64,000 bases of DNA. It comes from the human T2T-CHM13v2.0 reference genome, Homo sapiens. The notes beneath the pieces are model-generated. The model was given only the letters and a program-made list of their open reading frames with translations, did no database searches and was not told the origin of the DNA. Below, piece by piece: positions 30,670-43,407 of the stretch (its first letter is position 1; every line of letters begins with the position of its first letter). The translations under genes and the position numbers were made by a program. The DNA lies in NCBI RefSeq assembly GCF_009914755.1, contig NC_060928.1. One strand, given 5' to 3'.

Positions 30670-31050
30670 GTTAACAAAATACCACAGATGGAGTAACTTA
30701 GCAGAATTTTAGCATTATTCTAGCATTATTTTCTGCTAGAAGCCTATGATTAAGGTGTCAGTCTATCTGCTTAAAGAGTCTATTCTTGGTATGCAGATGG
30801 CCACTTTAGTGCTATGGCTTCACATGGTCCTTTCTCTGTGTATACAAGCATTTCTCAGTATCTTTTTATGTGTCCAACTTTCATTTTCTTCTAAGGACCC
30901 AAGTCAGATTTGATTAGGGGCTACCTTAATGGCCTCATTTTAATTTAACCACCCCTTTAAAGGCTCTACATCCAAACAGTCACATTCTGAGGTACTAGAA
31001 GTTAGGGCTTTAACACATGAACTTGAGAGGAATACAATATTGTTCGTACC
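30670..31050 (-). mobile_element. MLT1A-family MaLR LTR
   Basis: aacaaaataccacaga...gattaggggctaccttaatggcctcattttaa...gtcacattctgaggtact. Confidence 0.8.
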
Positions 31051-31219
31051 ACTCTTTTATTTGCTCTTCAGCCTAGGAGTGGTAGCAGTGTCTGGCTGTG
31101 GTTAATCACTCATAATTTTGTGTTAGCATTGTTGCTTTTTGATCACCTTTGCTTTTTACTTTTGGAAAAATTTTGGAATTATACTTCACTTCATTATTAA
31201 TTTTAATACTTTAAGAATA

Positions 31220-32901
31220 AAGTCAGTGACCAGTAGTCCCTGAAAATTCTGATCATTTCCCTTTCCCCAGTGCACAGTTATCCTGGTAAAAGGCTGGAGG
31301 TCTCTTTGGGGAAGGATGGGAGAAATATTCACTGCATAAATTGTCAGTAATGTAGTGGGGTCCTTCCTCAAGGGAACCAGGCCTCCCCTTCATTCAAGGG
31401 GTTCTGGGTCTGTAAACCTGGCTCAAGTCTAGAAATTGATTGAGGAGTTGTGATTCTCCTTTGTCCATTCGACCTAGAAGTTTTCTCCTTGTATAAATTA
31501 AGTAGAGATGGAGTAGGCTTCCTATCAATTTCACTTCTAGGAACACTGCGATTAGTTAGCCAATGCAAGAGCTCTACATGAGTCAGAGTATTCTGATTCC
31601 CACTTTGCCTCTGCTATCCACTATGGTAGCTACGCCCACCTTGCCTTTAACGGTTGAGAGCCAACACTTGGCTTCTGCCACCTCAGGATCCAGTTATTCC
31701 TATTGTATTTAAATATTGCAGTTGAGTGACTGCAGTTCCCACTATTAGATCTGATGCATAGAGAAGAGCAATTACAGGGCTCTTCAAAGATGCAGGTGCT
31801 GCTCTCACAAATCTATTTTGCAAGGCATTGGTCAAGAGTATATCTTCTGTACCTTCCCCGCTGGGATGAGTAGATGCAAAGTGACTAATCCACTCCACCA
31901 TCCCAATCTCCTTAAACCTTTGGATAACTTCTTCTACATTAAACCAAGGGAGATCAGGCATTTCTGGCTCACTCACAGTGGACCATCTTTTAATACACAT
32001 TTCAGCTAACCAAACAAATAAACTATTAGAACTTTTTTTTAACTCCCCAAGCTGCAACATTGAACGCAGAGTTCCTATTTAGTGAGCCCAAATCAATAAA
32101 TTCAGCCTGATCCAGCTGTATGTTCCTTCCACCATTATCTCACACCCTTAATATCTATTCCCATACTTGTTCTCTAGATTTCTATTTATAGATATTAGAA
32201 TACTCAAGCAGTTTTTGTTTTTTTTTTTAGAGTCTGTCTCTGTTGCCTAGCCTGCATTGCAATGGCACTATCTCGGCTCACTGCAACCTCCGCCTCCCAG
32301 GTTCAAGCAATTCTCCTGCCTCAGCCTCCTGAGTAGCTGGGATTACAGGCACATTCCACCATGTCAGGCTAACTTTTTGTAGTTTTTTTAGTAGAGACCT
32401 TTAGCAGGTCAGCCACTCACATGATAAAAGCTCGTGACTGTTTCTCCACAATTTCAGCTCTTTCTCTGCAGGAGATAAGCCTCTCATTCAGGGCAGTCTT
32501 AGCAGATTCGAGGCTCAATATCTGCTTCTGAAGCTGGGAGACAGAATCCCTGAGTTCATCATTTTCTTTCATCACTTTGTCCACTGAACTTAGGAGCAAA
32601 TAAACAGCTTCATTTTGTTGCTTGGTTCTCTACATATGGTCAAAGGTATTATGTACAGAGTCACTAAACTCCTTGCCTCTCATGAGCAATAAATCAGGAG
32701 TGTCAAATGCATTTATTCTGCATAACTCTCTAAACAGTTCATGCCAAGGACTACCAGTGTTCTCCATACAATTAGAAGTAGAGTCCTTAGCAATTTGGGG
32801 TCTAATCATATTAAGCAGCCAAATCCAGAAACCCCAAAACCAATGAAAGAACTCCATCCTTAATATTCTTTTCCTCTAGAACCACTCCTTGTACCAAAAT
32901 C
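31220..32901 (-). mobile_element. HERV-L internal region (PBS, gag, start of protease), 3'-truncated
   Basis: ORFs FWIWLLNMIRPQ.AKDSTSN, KENDELRDS, MPDLPWFNVEE.IQR, RFVRAAPASLKSPV and PFTRITVHWGKGN are HERV-L gag/pro. PBS-Leu-like tggtacaaggagtggttctaga. Confidence 0.93.
32213..32398 (-). mobile_element. AluS right monomer plus linker only
   Basis: Alu sequence from the tail to tagtagagac, then HERV-L resumes. No TSD is visible. Confidence 0.92.
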
Positions 32902-32948
32902 TGTATTAGCCAGGATTCTCTAGAGGGACGGAACTAATATATATGGGA

Positions 32949-32995
<47 letters not shown>

Positions 32996-33440
32996 TATAT
33001 ACACATATATAATAAAAACATATATAAACTCCCATGTATATTTACATATATATATCAGAGTTTATTAAGTGTTAACTCACATGATTACAAGGTCTCACAA
33101 TAGGCTGTCTGTAGGCTGAGAGGCAAGGAGAGCCAGTCTGATTTCCAAAACTGAAGAACTTGGAGTCTGATGTTTGAGGGCAGGAGCATGCAGCATGGGA
33201 GAAAGATGCAGACTGGGAGGCTAGGCAATCTCTCTTTTCACATTTTTCTGCCTGCTTTATATTCTAGCCATGCTGGCAGTTGATTAGATTGTGCTCACCC
33301 AGATTAAGGGTGTGTCTGCCTTCCCCAGCCCACTGACTCAAATGTTAATCTCCTTAGGCAACACCTTCACAGACACACCCAGGATCAATACTTTGTATCC
33401 TTCAATCCAGTCAAGTTGACACTCAGTATTAACCATCACA
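32902..33440 (-). mobile_element. MLT2A LTR (5' LTR of HERV-L)
   Basis: rc starts tgtgatggttaatactgagtgtcaacttgactggattgaagg and ends ctaataca adjacent to the PBS. Contains a (TA)n(CA)n expansion at 32950-33010. Confidence 0.93.
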
Positions 33441-33753
33441 ATTGTTTTAGAAAATTTGCCTTTAAATGCACTTCACCCACAATGGTGGCACAATGTATTT
33501 TGAGTAATGCATGGATAGGCAGAGGCAAAAGAGACAAAGAAAAAAAATGAAAACTTTGTAACTTTTAAAGACCCCCACTGACCACATCCCAATTTTCTTC
33601 AATTATCATATTTTCTCTTCTACTGAGTCTCTTCTTCATTGACTTTCCCCAAATCGGCACATCTATACCATCTTTGAGAGAAATCCTTCAAGTTCTGTGG
33701 CCAATAATCCTGCATTAAACATCACACCCTTGATTCTTTGTAATTTGAGATAA

Positions 33754-34085
<332 letters not shown>

Positions 34086-34099
34086 CCAGTGTTGTGCTT

Positions 34100-34500
34100 T
34101 TCATACCATGGAATACTATGAAGCAGTAACATTGAAGGGACCAGAATGAATTCGTATCACAAATATAATAATAGTGAGCCAAATAAGCAAATTGAAAAAT
34201 ATAGAGGATATGATTCATTTATATAAAGCTAGGATCAGGCAAAAGTAAACAATATTTTAAAGGCATAAAAACATATAAAATTATGAAGAACAGCAAGTGG
34301 ATAATAAATACAAAAATTTGTGGTGGTGATTCCCTTTGGGGTAAAGGAAGGGGTTCACAAAAGGATTCAAAGTTCTTGCAATGTTCCATTTTAAGCTAAC
34401 TAGTGTATATAGTTGTTCTTTTATTTTCACCTAACACATGTGTTATGTTGTTTAATATGTATACGATATTTAGTAAAAAATTTAAAATCAAACAGAAAAA
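34100..34500 (+). mobile_element. L1ME-type 3' end remnant
   Basis: ccatggaatactat..gcagtaa; atatgattcatttatataaag; ggcaaaagtaaac. Confidence 0.6.
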
Positions 34501-34611
34501 GTTAAATTTTTCTTGGGCTCTATCAATTATATTTCATCTTTCTTCATCTTTTATATTCTTTGAAGGGATATGGAAAACTAATCATTTAACAAAAGTTAAT
34601 TAATTAATTAA

Positions 34612-34865
34612 TTTTTATTATTTTTTTAAGTTTTAAGTTTATAGGTACATGTGCAGGTTTGTAATGTAGGTAAACTTGTGTCACTAGGGCCTATTGTAAG
34701 GTGGAGGGTGGGAGGAGGCAGAAAATCAGGATAAATAATTAGTGAGTATTAGGCTTAATGCCTGGGTGATGAAACAATCTGTACAGCAGACACCCATGAT
34801 GCAAGTTTACCTATCTAACAAACCTACACATGTACTCCTGAACTTACAAGTTATATAAAAAAATA
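34612..34865. mobile_element. Two L1PA13-15-like 3' ends joined head-to-head (34612-34683 minus; 34682-34865 plus)
   Basis: Left arm ggtacatgtgcaggtttgtaatgtaggtaaacttgtgtca is the reverse complement of the right arm tgatgcaagtttacctatctaacaaacctacacatgtac. Confidence 0.85.
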
Positions 34866-35454
34866 GAGAAAGTATTTTTTTAAGTATTTTGTCTTGAGAG
34901 TACCTTACGTCTTTATACTACTAAGATTTTATACATAGGTTTGCTGAATATCAAATTTGCATTATATAGATTTATATCTTTCAGGACTTAGAAGATTTTG
35001 CAGTTTTAAAGGCAATGCTTAGTCTAAAGTACCGCTATTAATAGTGTATTTAGGTTTCATGAACCATGACATTATCAGAGGAACATCTTTAAGACAAACT
35101 TTTTCATTTTATGGAGGAAGTGTCTCAGAGCCCTGAATTTTATGTTAAAACAAAATTTCAAACAGAGTAATATCAAAACAGAATCAAGCAAAATGAACTA
35201 AATTTAACATTGTAATTGTCTTTTTAATTGCTACATGTACACAAAATTACAGCTTTGTACATATGATTGCTACATATACATAGACTTACAGCTTTGTACA
35301 TATCTATATAATAGATTCTTAAAGTCTTCACTAAAAATTTTGGGGCAGCAATAATTTACACAGAAATATTAAAGTTAAATTATTAATACAAAAGTAAATA
35401 TTCCCTTAGTGATTATAACATTAGCAATATAGTGATAGGACTGCAATAGCATAG

Positions 35455-35752
35455 TGTATTAGTTTACCAGGGCTGCTGTAACAAGGAATCACAAACTGAT
35501 AGTTTAAAAAAGCAAAAATTTATTGTCTTACAGTTCTGGAGGCTAAAAGTCCAAATTCAAGGTAGCAGCAAGGTTGATACCTTCTGAGTGCTGCAAGGCA
35601 AAAATCAGTTCCATGTTTCTCCTCTTGTCTTGCAGATGGCTTCTCTTCATGTCTCTTTACAGTGTTTTACCTATACGTATGCCTATCTCTATGTCCAATT
35701 TCCTCGTTTTATAAAGACACCAGTCATATTGTATTAGGGTCCACCAAATGAC
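35455..35752 (-). mobile_element. MLT1A0/MLT1C LTR, partial
   Basis: tgtattagtttaccagggctgctgtaaca...cagttctggaggct..aagtccaaattcaagg...tataaagacaccagtcatattg. Confidence 0.85.
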
Positions 35753-36440
35753 AATTCAAGGAATAAAAATATGCCTTAGGCTTTCTCCAAGATTCATACT
35801 TAAAATATGAAGTAAGTAATTTTTAATACTTAGCTATATGGAAAAATGTACAATAGTATGCAAAAAATTATTTTAAAAATGTCTAAGGTAAAACTTTCTA
35901 ATCTTTCATTCAGATCTCTAGCTTCCCCTTTCTGAATTGTGGGAATATTTCCCTAAATATGTGTACTGATGGTAGTGTTTTAATTTATTTGTCCCAATGG
36001 GATCAAGCATATTTTCTTTTAAATATGCTGAGAGAAATGGCACTTTTGGTAAATACTGAATCTTGTTTTAATGAAGATGTAAAATTTAAAAATGTGAAGT
36101 TTAGCTTGATCATGGAACATGTTATCCCATATATTATCACACCTTTAATTTGGATACTTGGTAGGTAGAAATGATAACATTTGACATACTTTAAAATTGC
36201 CTACAAGTGGCAATTTTATATGATTTAACTTAGTAAGGATGAAAAACAAAGAAGATAATGTTTCACAACCCTCATCTCCCAAAGGAGAGTCCAGAGAGGA
36301 GGCACACCAGTTTAAAATACTACATAGATCAAAACTGCATCTTTTCCCTTGTCGCCACATCTTAAGAAAAAGAAAATACTAAAATAAGTCTAGGAAGGAT
36401 TCAAGGACCAATGCAGACAGCATGGACCATAATGCAACAT

Positions 36441-37536
36441 TGTGTAATAAAGAATTTACTTTACCTAAAGAGAGGTCTCGATTCTGTCCAGCGCTTAGGA
36501 GGTGACCTTTTAAACCTTTGAAATTTTCCAAGGGAGAAGAGTGCCTTTGCTATTGATTGTAGGCCCCTCAGACCACAACTTCATATTTTATGCGAAGAAG
36601 GTGACTCTTGGTGGGCACCTAGACATTTTATGCTAACACAATGAGTATGGCTGGTGGCCATGTCAGAAACATGAATTATATGGTTTTCCCAACTGGAGCT
36701 CTAAATCATGTGCTATCAGTTCAAACTCTGGGAAGATGAGGGGCTGGATATTAAGTTCAACCGCATGGGCAATGACTCAATCAATTACACCTTTGTAAAG
36801 GATGAGCCTACCTGGTTGGCAACACTCTTTGAGCAGTGTCACATCAGGATGTGGAAAGGGACTTTTCAGATGGAACCTTGAGAATGATAAAAGCTTCACA
36901 TTTCACATTTAATTCTTTGAGTCTTCACCTTATATGTATTTCTTTGGCTGATTCTCATTTTTACCCTTTTGCTATAATAAAACTGTAATTGTATGTATGG
37001 CACTCTTCTGAGTTCTGTGAGTCATTTTAGCAAATTATCAAACCTGAAGGAGTCTGTAGGCAATGCTGGATTTGTAGTCAGTTGGTCTGAAATGAGGGTC
37101 ATCCTAGAAATCCCTGAACTTGCAACTGATAACAGAAGTCTTGGACAGACTCAGCAGTCTGGAAGACTGTGTCATTATTCTTATCACTATTTAGTTTTGA
37201 GACAGGATCTCACTCTATCGCCCAGGCTGGCTGGAGTGCAGTGGCACAAACAGGACTGATTGCAGCCTTGACCTTCTGGGGTCAAGTGATGCTCCTGCCT
37301 CAGCCTTCTGAGTAGCTGAGACCATAGGTATATGCCACCACACCTGGCTAATTTTTCAAATATTTTACAGAGGTAGGATTTTGCTATGTTGCTCACACTG
37401 ATCTGAAACTCCTGGGCTCAAGTGATACTCCCACCTCAGACTCCCAAAGTGTTGGGTTTAGAGGTGTGAGCCATCACTCCAAGCCTGAAGGACTGTATTC
37501 TTTACCTCTAGTTTGACCTAACTTCATGTAATCACA
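36441..37536 (+). mobile_element. MER21-family LTR interrupted by AluJ
   Basis: aaagagaggtct..ggaggtgacc..; tttgctataataaaactgtaat..ctgagttctgtgagtcattttagcaaattatcaaacctga. Confidence 0.7.
37190..37485 (-). mobile_element. AluJ
   Basis: gcagccttgacc and ctcctgggctcaagtgat are AluJ diagnostics; high divergence. Confidence 0.93.
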
Positions 37537-37786
37537 AAGTAAGTAAACCAAAGACAATTTTAGCAGTAGATGTGCAGAACCAGTTAGAGACTGGAGAAAC
37601 AGAGAAGCTGAAAAGTTAAAGAAGTGCTTTAGCTAAAAGACATAGGTTTGTCATATGGAGGACTATGTTTACGGTTTAGTTTTTATGAGATATTACTTTC
37701 ATTTATTTGAATTGACTGGCTCCTTTTAAAGGAGTGGGGATGCATCGATTTCATTTAAATTCCAGGCTTTGCTGTAATCTTATCTT

Positions 37787-38284
37787 TTTTTTTAATTATA
37801 CTTTAAGTTCTAGGGTACATGTGCACAACGTGCAAGTTTGTTACATAGGTATACATGTACCGTGTTGGTTTGCTGCACCCATTAACTCGTCATTTACATT
37901 AGGTATTTCTCCTAATGCTATCCCTCCCCCATCCCCCCACCCCATGACAGGCCCCAGTGTGTGATGTTCCTCACCCTGTGTCTAAGTGTTCTCATTGTTC
38001 AATTCCCACCTATTAGTGAGAACGTGCGGTGTTCGGTTTTCTGTCCTTGTGATAGTTTGCTCAGAATGATGGTTTCCAGCTTCATCCATGTCGCTACAAA
38101 GGACATGAACTCCTCCTTTTTTATGGCTGCATAGTATTCCATGCTGTATATGTGCCACATTTTCTTAATCCAGTCTATCATTGATGGACATTTGGGTTGG
38201 TTCCAAGTCTTTGCTATTGTGAATAGTGCCACAATAAACGTACGTGTGCATGTGTCTTTATAGTAGCATGATTTATATAAATCA
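37787..38284 (-). mobile_element. L1PA5/6 3' end, 5'-truncated (about 500 bp)
   Basis: L1 3'UTR and ORF2 C-terminus. TSD tgtaatcttatctt at 37773-37786 and 38285-38298. Confidence 0.95.
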
Positions 38285-39412
38285 TGTAATCTTATCTTCT
38301 TCAGTTTCTGCTGGACCATAAAACACAAATACCTTTGATAATTTATTTAAATGGGAGGTGTTTCCCATTGTGATCATTCTAAACTATCTTTCTTATGAAT
38401 TCTCATCATCTCATTGTACTCAATAGAACAAAATCTATTTCATTTTCTGATAAGTCTTCAACTTGTTTACCTTCAACTGTTAGGGAACTCTTATGTAAAA
38501 ACTTGCCATTTATTGTACAAGGAAATAGGGAAATGCTGAGCAATAAATTACGAAAAGTCATCAGATCATTCATTTATTCAGTTATACTGACATCATACTA
38601 TCAGAAATTTTTTAAAAGATTGGCCTTTTTATAGACCTGCAATAAAGAAAGCAATAAATAAAATGGTTACCAACCTCAGGCTGGGTACCATTATGTACAT
38701 GGTTCTTTAATACATCAGATGTGTTTCTTTTATACAGGTTTTCTTTAATAGAGTAGATCCAAAAACTTGTCTAAGAATGGCCTGGAGTCTTGTGATGGAA
38801 GTTCCTTATGAAAGATTCTCCTTTCTTATGTCCTTGTAGGGTAAAAGAGACTTGGGAACACTCAATTAGGGAGAGTAAAATGTACCTTCAAGCTTTATAC
38901 TTCAGAAAGGATTTTTTTTGAGATAGATGTTCAAAATAAAATACTGGAAAGGATCACATTATTTTACACATAAAATGTTTAATATTTTTTATAAAGAATC
39001 ATACACTTTGAGAAAGTCAGGGTTGCTGCAGCTTTCCAACAAATACAGTGCAGGTAATTTATTTTTTCATAAGCATTTTCCAGACTTATTGATATGCTTA
39101 TGTGTAGAATTGTCTTCTTATTGCTTGCCTTAATTCATCATTAGTGATTATCATGTTCCAGACTTCCCATCACGGTTTCCACTTTCAATCCCAAAGCCAT
39201 TCATTTGGGAGTGATTATCCTTATCTCCCTGATGCAATACCATTTTCGTCTTTCAATTTATTTTGTTCAAATTAGTAGCAACAGAAACAATATGCAGCAA
39301 ATTAAACCACAAAATATATGAAAAATACATTGCAATGGACTAAATGTGTTTCCCCCAAATTCATGTGTTGAAATCTGACCCCCAGTGTGATGGTATTAGA
39401 ATGGGATTAGTG

Positions 39413-39706
39413 ACCAGATGTGATGGCTCATGCCTATAAACCCTTTACTTTGGGCTGAGGCAGGCAGATCACTTGAGCCCAGGAACTTGAGACCAGTCTA
39501 CGCAATACAGTAAAACTCAGTCTCTACAAAATATATCAAAATTAGCTGGTGAGACGGTGGGCGCCTTTAGTCCCAGCTACTTGGGAGGCTGAGGTGGGAG
39601 AATCAGTTGAGCCCAGGAGGTGGAGCTGCAGTGAGCTCTGATTGCACCACTGCACTCCATCCTGGGTGACAGAGCAAGACTCTCTCTCAAAAAAAGAAAA
39701 AAAAAA
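39413..39706 (+). mobile_element. AluJ
   Basis: gatcacttgagcccaggaa and ttgagcccaggaggtggagctgcagtgagc; A tail. Confidence 0.93.
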
Positions 39707-39718
39707 TGAATCAGTGCC

Positions 39719-42215
39719 TGCTGTGATTTGAATGCTTATACCTTCCAAAACTCATGTTGAAATTTAATTCTGAATTAAATTTTGGAAAGTAGTATTGACA
39801 GATGGTCATTTAAAAGGTGATTGGCTCATGAGGGCTCTGCCCTCTTGAATGCATTAATCCACTCATAAATTAATAGATTAATGGATTATAAGTTATCATG
39901 GGAGTGGAACTGGTGGTTTTATAAGAAGAGAAAAAGAGTTCTGAGCTAGCAGGCCCAGTCCACTCACCATGTAATGCCCTGCACCTCCCCAGGTTCTTCA
40001 GAGTCCTCATCAGCAAGAAGGCCCTCACCAGATGGGTCACCCCAACCTTGAACTTCTCAACCTCCATAACTATAAGAAATAAAATCATTTTCTTTATAAG
40101 CTATTTGGTTTCGAATATTCTGTTACAAGCAACAGAAAATGAACCATGAGAGGAAATAGATCCTGAGAGCTGAATGTTTGGGCAATGAATACCTAAAAAA
40201 GTGAAAGTGTCTTAGGAACTAGGTAATAGGTGGAGACTAGAATTTCGAGAAGTAGGCTAAAAAAAGCTTAGATTCTAGCCTAGATCCTTGTCTACAAGAC
40301 TAAAAGACTAGGGAAAGTTTCAAACTCCTTAGAGATTAGTGAGGTGGTTTTGACAAGATTGCTGTTAGAAATATGAACAGTAAAGGTCATTCTGATGAGG
40401 TTTCAGATGGAACTGAGGAAAAAGGTATTGGAAACTGGAGTAAAGGTTATTCTTTTAATAGTAGGCAAAGAATGTTGCTAACCTCTGTCCATGCCTGAGG
40501 GCTTTGTGTAAGGCTTCATATGGGAGTGATGAAGTAGGGTATCTGGCCGAAGAAATTTCTAAGAAAAATATGGAGACAGTTGCAGGGTTCCTTCCTTTCA
40601 GCTGCTTACCCTGAGATTCTAGAGAAAAGAAATAATTTTAAAACAGAGTTTATAATTAAAACTGAAGCAGAACAGAAAGATTTGGGAAACTCTCAGTCTG
40701 GCCACCCAATGAGTAAAAAAGGATGTTCAGGAGAGGAAATTAAGGATATAGCCCAGGGACTATTTGCTAAAAATGATTAGCACATGTACAAGGAAGCCAG
40801 ATATTATTCCTGAAAAGAATGGAAGAAAAACTCCAAAGTAATGTTAGAGATCTTCAAGGCTGCCTTCCCATCATAGGCCCAGAGACCTAAGATGGCAGAA
40901 TTATTTCAAGGGACAGGCCTAGGGTACTCTCCACAAACTTATTTCCAAGGGCTGCCTCAGGACTCTGCTTCCCATACCTCAGCGCAACACTCTGAGGCTG
41001 CCCCAGCCATGGCTCCTGCTGCAGCTCCGGAAGTTACAGGTTATAAGCCTTGACACTGTCCATGTGATGCTAGTTTGCAGAAAGCGAGAGCTGTGGAGGG
41101 TCAGCAGCCTCCACTCAGATTTCAAATGACGTATTGAAAAGCCTAGGGGCCCAGGCAGAGATTTGTCATAAGGCCTACCACAGAGAGCACTCACTCACTG
41201 GAGCAATGCTGAGTGGAAATGTGGGGTTGTAACTGACACAAAGATTACCAACCAGGGCAATGCATAGGGGAGCCATGCAAGCAGGACAAATACTGGGACT
41301 CCATAACTGTGAAGTCACCAGCAGCATGCAATGCCCACCTGGGAAACTTTAGACACCAGAGTCCAACCAGTATGAGCAGCCATGTAGACCCTACCCAGCA
41401 AAGCCACAGGGCCAGGGCCTCCTGATATCTCGGGGGCCAAATCTCCACCTCAGTGTGTCCATGAGATGGCCCACAGAGTCATAAAAGGTTTTTCTCCAGC
41501 TTTAAGATTTAATGTCTACCCTGCTGGGTTTCAGGCTTGCTTGGGGCCTATTATTCCTTTTTTTTCTCCCTATTCTTAGCTTTTGGAAAGGAAACGTCTA
41601 TCTTATACCGGCACCACTGTATCTTGAAAATGCAAAACTTGTTTTGATTACACAGGTTCACATATGAGACTCTGGACTTTGGACTTCTGAGTGGGTACTG
41701 AGACAAGCTAAAGCTTTGGACTATGGGGAGAGAACAAATATATTTGTATGTTAGAAGGACATGAGTTTGGGGGATCCGTGAGTAGGATGCTATGTTTTAA
41801 ATGTTTGTCCCCTCCAAAACCCATGTTGAAACCTCATCCCCAATATGATAGTATTGAGAAGGGGGTCCTCAAAAGGTAATTGGGTTATGGGACCTCTACC
41901 ATTATGAATAGACTGATCCATTCATAAATTAATGAATTAATATGTTAATTAATTAATGGGTTATTATGGACATCAGACTGGTGGCTTTATAAGGAGAGGA
42001 AGGCAGATCTGAGCTAGCATACTTACCTGCCTTGCCACGTGATGCCCCCTGCCACCTCTGGACTCTGCGGAGTCCTCACCACCACAAAGGCCCTCATTAG
42101 ATGCAGCCCCTTGACCTCAGGCTTCTCAGCTTTCATAACTGTAAAAATGGTTTTTTAATTTAAATTATTCAGACTCAGGTATTGTTTTATAGGCAACAGA
42201 AAATGAACTAAGACA
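39719..42215 (+). mobile_element. Complete MSTB-family MaLR provirus (LTR 39719-40151, internal, LTR 41788-42215)
   Basis: Two homologous LTRs flank MST/THE1-type internal sequence (ggaactaggtaatagg, ttggaaactggagtaaaggt, ttaagatttaatg). Confidence 0.9.
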
Positions 42216-43074
42216 GCACCCTTAAAAAAAGAATCCCAGAGAGTTCTCTAATTCTCTTCCTGCCATGTAAGGATATAATAAGTCATAAGAAGTCAGCAGT
42301 CTGCAACCCAAAAGAGGATCCTCACCAGAACCTGAGCGTGCTGACATCCTGATCTCAAATTTTCAGCCTCTAAAGCTGTGAGAAATAAGATACTGTTGCT
42401 TATAAGCTATCCAATCGCTGACACATTATTATAACTGTTCAAACTAAGATATACATACATTAAAAAGTGAACAAAGATAAAGTTAAGATAATCTTAAAAT
42501 ATATCTTTGGCACAAATATTACAAAAAATTTTTCAGTTCATTTTCATTCAAATTATCTAAGAAAGTCTATGAAAATCCAATAATAATTTTTATTTCTGCT
42601 TTTCTATCCACTATTTCCCTCCAATTAAATATCCCTAAGGATTAGAAAAATGACCCAAGTTTATGTTACTAGGAGTTTTGCTATTGAGATTCTTGCAGAG
42701 TGATGCTCTGGAAGAAAATATACTTTAATAAGTCTCTTTTTGTTCTTGCTTCAGTTTTGTTTGCATCATGTAAATAATTAATACCCAATGGGAAAGCATT
42801 CCAGTTAGTAGGTCTACTTTCTATGTATCGTATTTCTAGATGTAAAAAAAAAATTCAGTCCCATTAATCTGTTATTTGTAAATGTTATGAAATGTATGAA
42901 TAACATTAGTATTAATTCATAAGACATGTTGAGCAAAGTTATAATATCCTATTTTGCACAATTGTGATATAAACGTTTATTTTTTTCTTTAGATATTGTA
43001 GAAGGCATCTCCTTTTTAATGACGAACATTTCCTTTCTTTCTTACCCTTTAACGTATTGCTTGAATTATCTTCT

Positions 43075-43407
<333 letters not shown>

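Larger units (their letters stand above)
39331..42451 (+). mobile_element. MLT1A-like LTR (39331-39412 plus 42216-42451) split by AluJ and an MST provirus
   Basis: Start tgcaatggactaaatgtg, end aaactaagata. 5-bp TSD tacat at 39326-39330 and 42452-42456. Confidence 0.8.

Noticed and set aside
38720-39060. Candidate lncRNA exons (ttcttttatacag acceptor, gcag|gtaatt donor)
   Set aside because: No ORF or other support; indistinguishable from background without transcript evidence.
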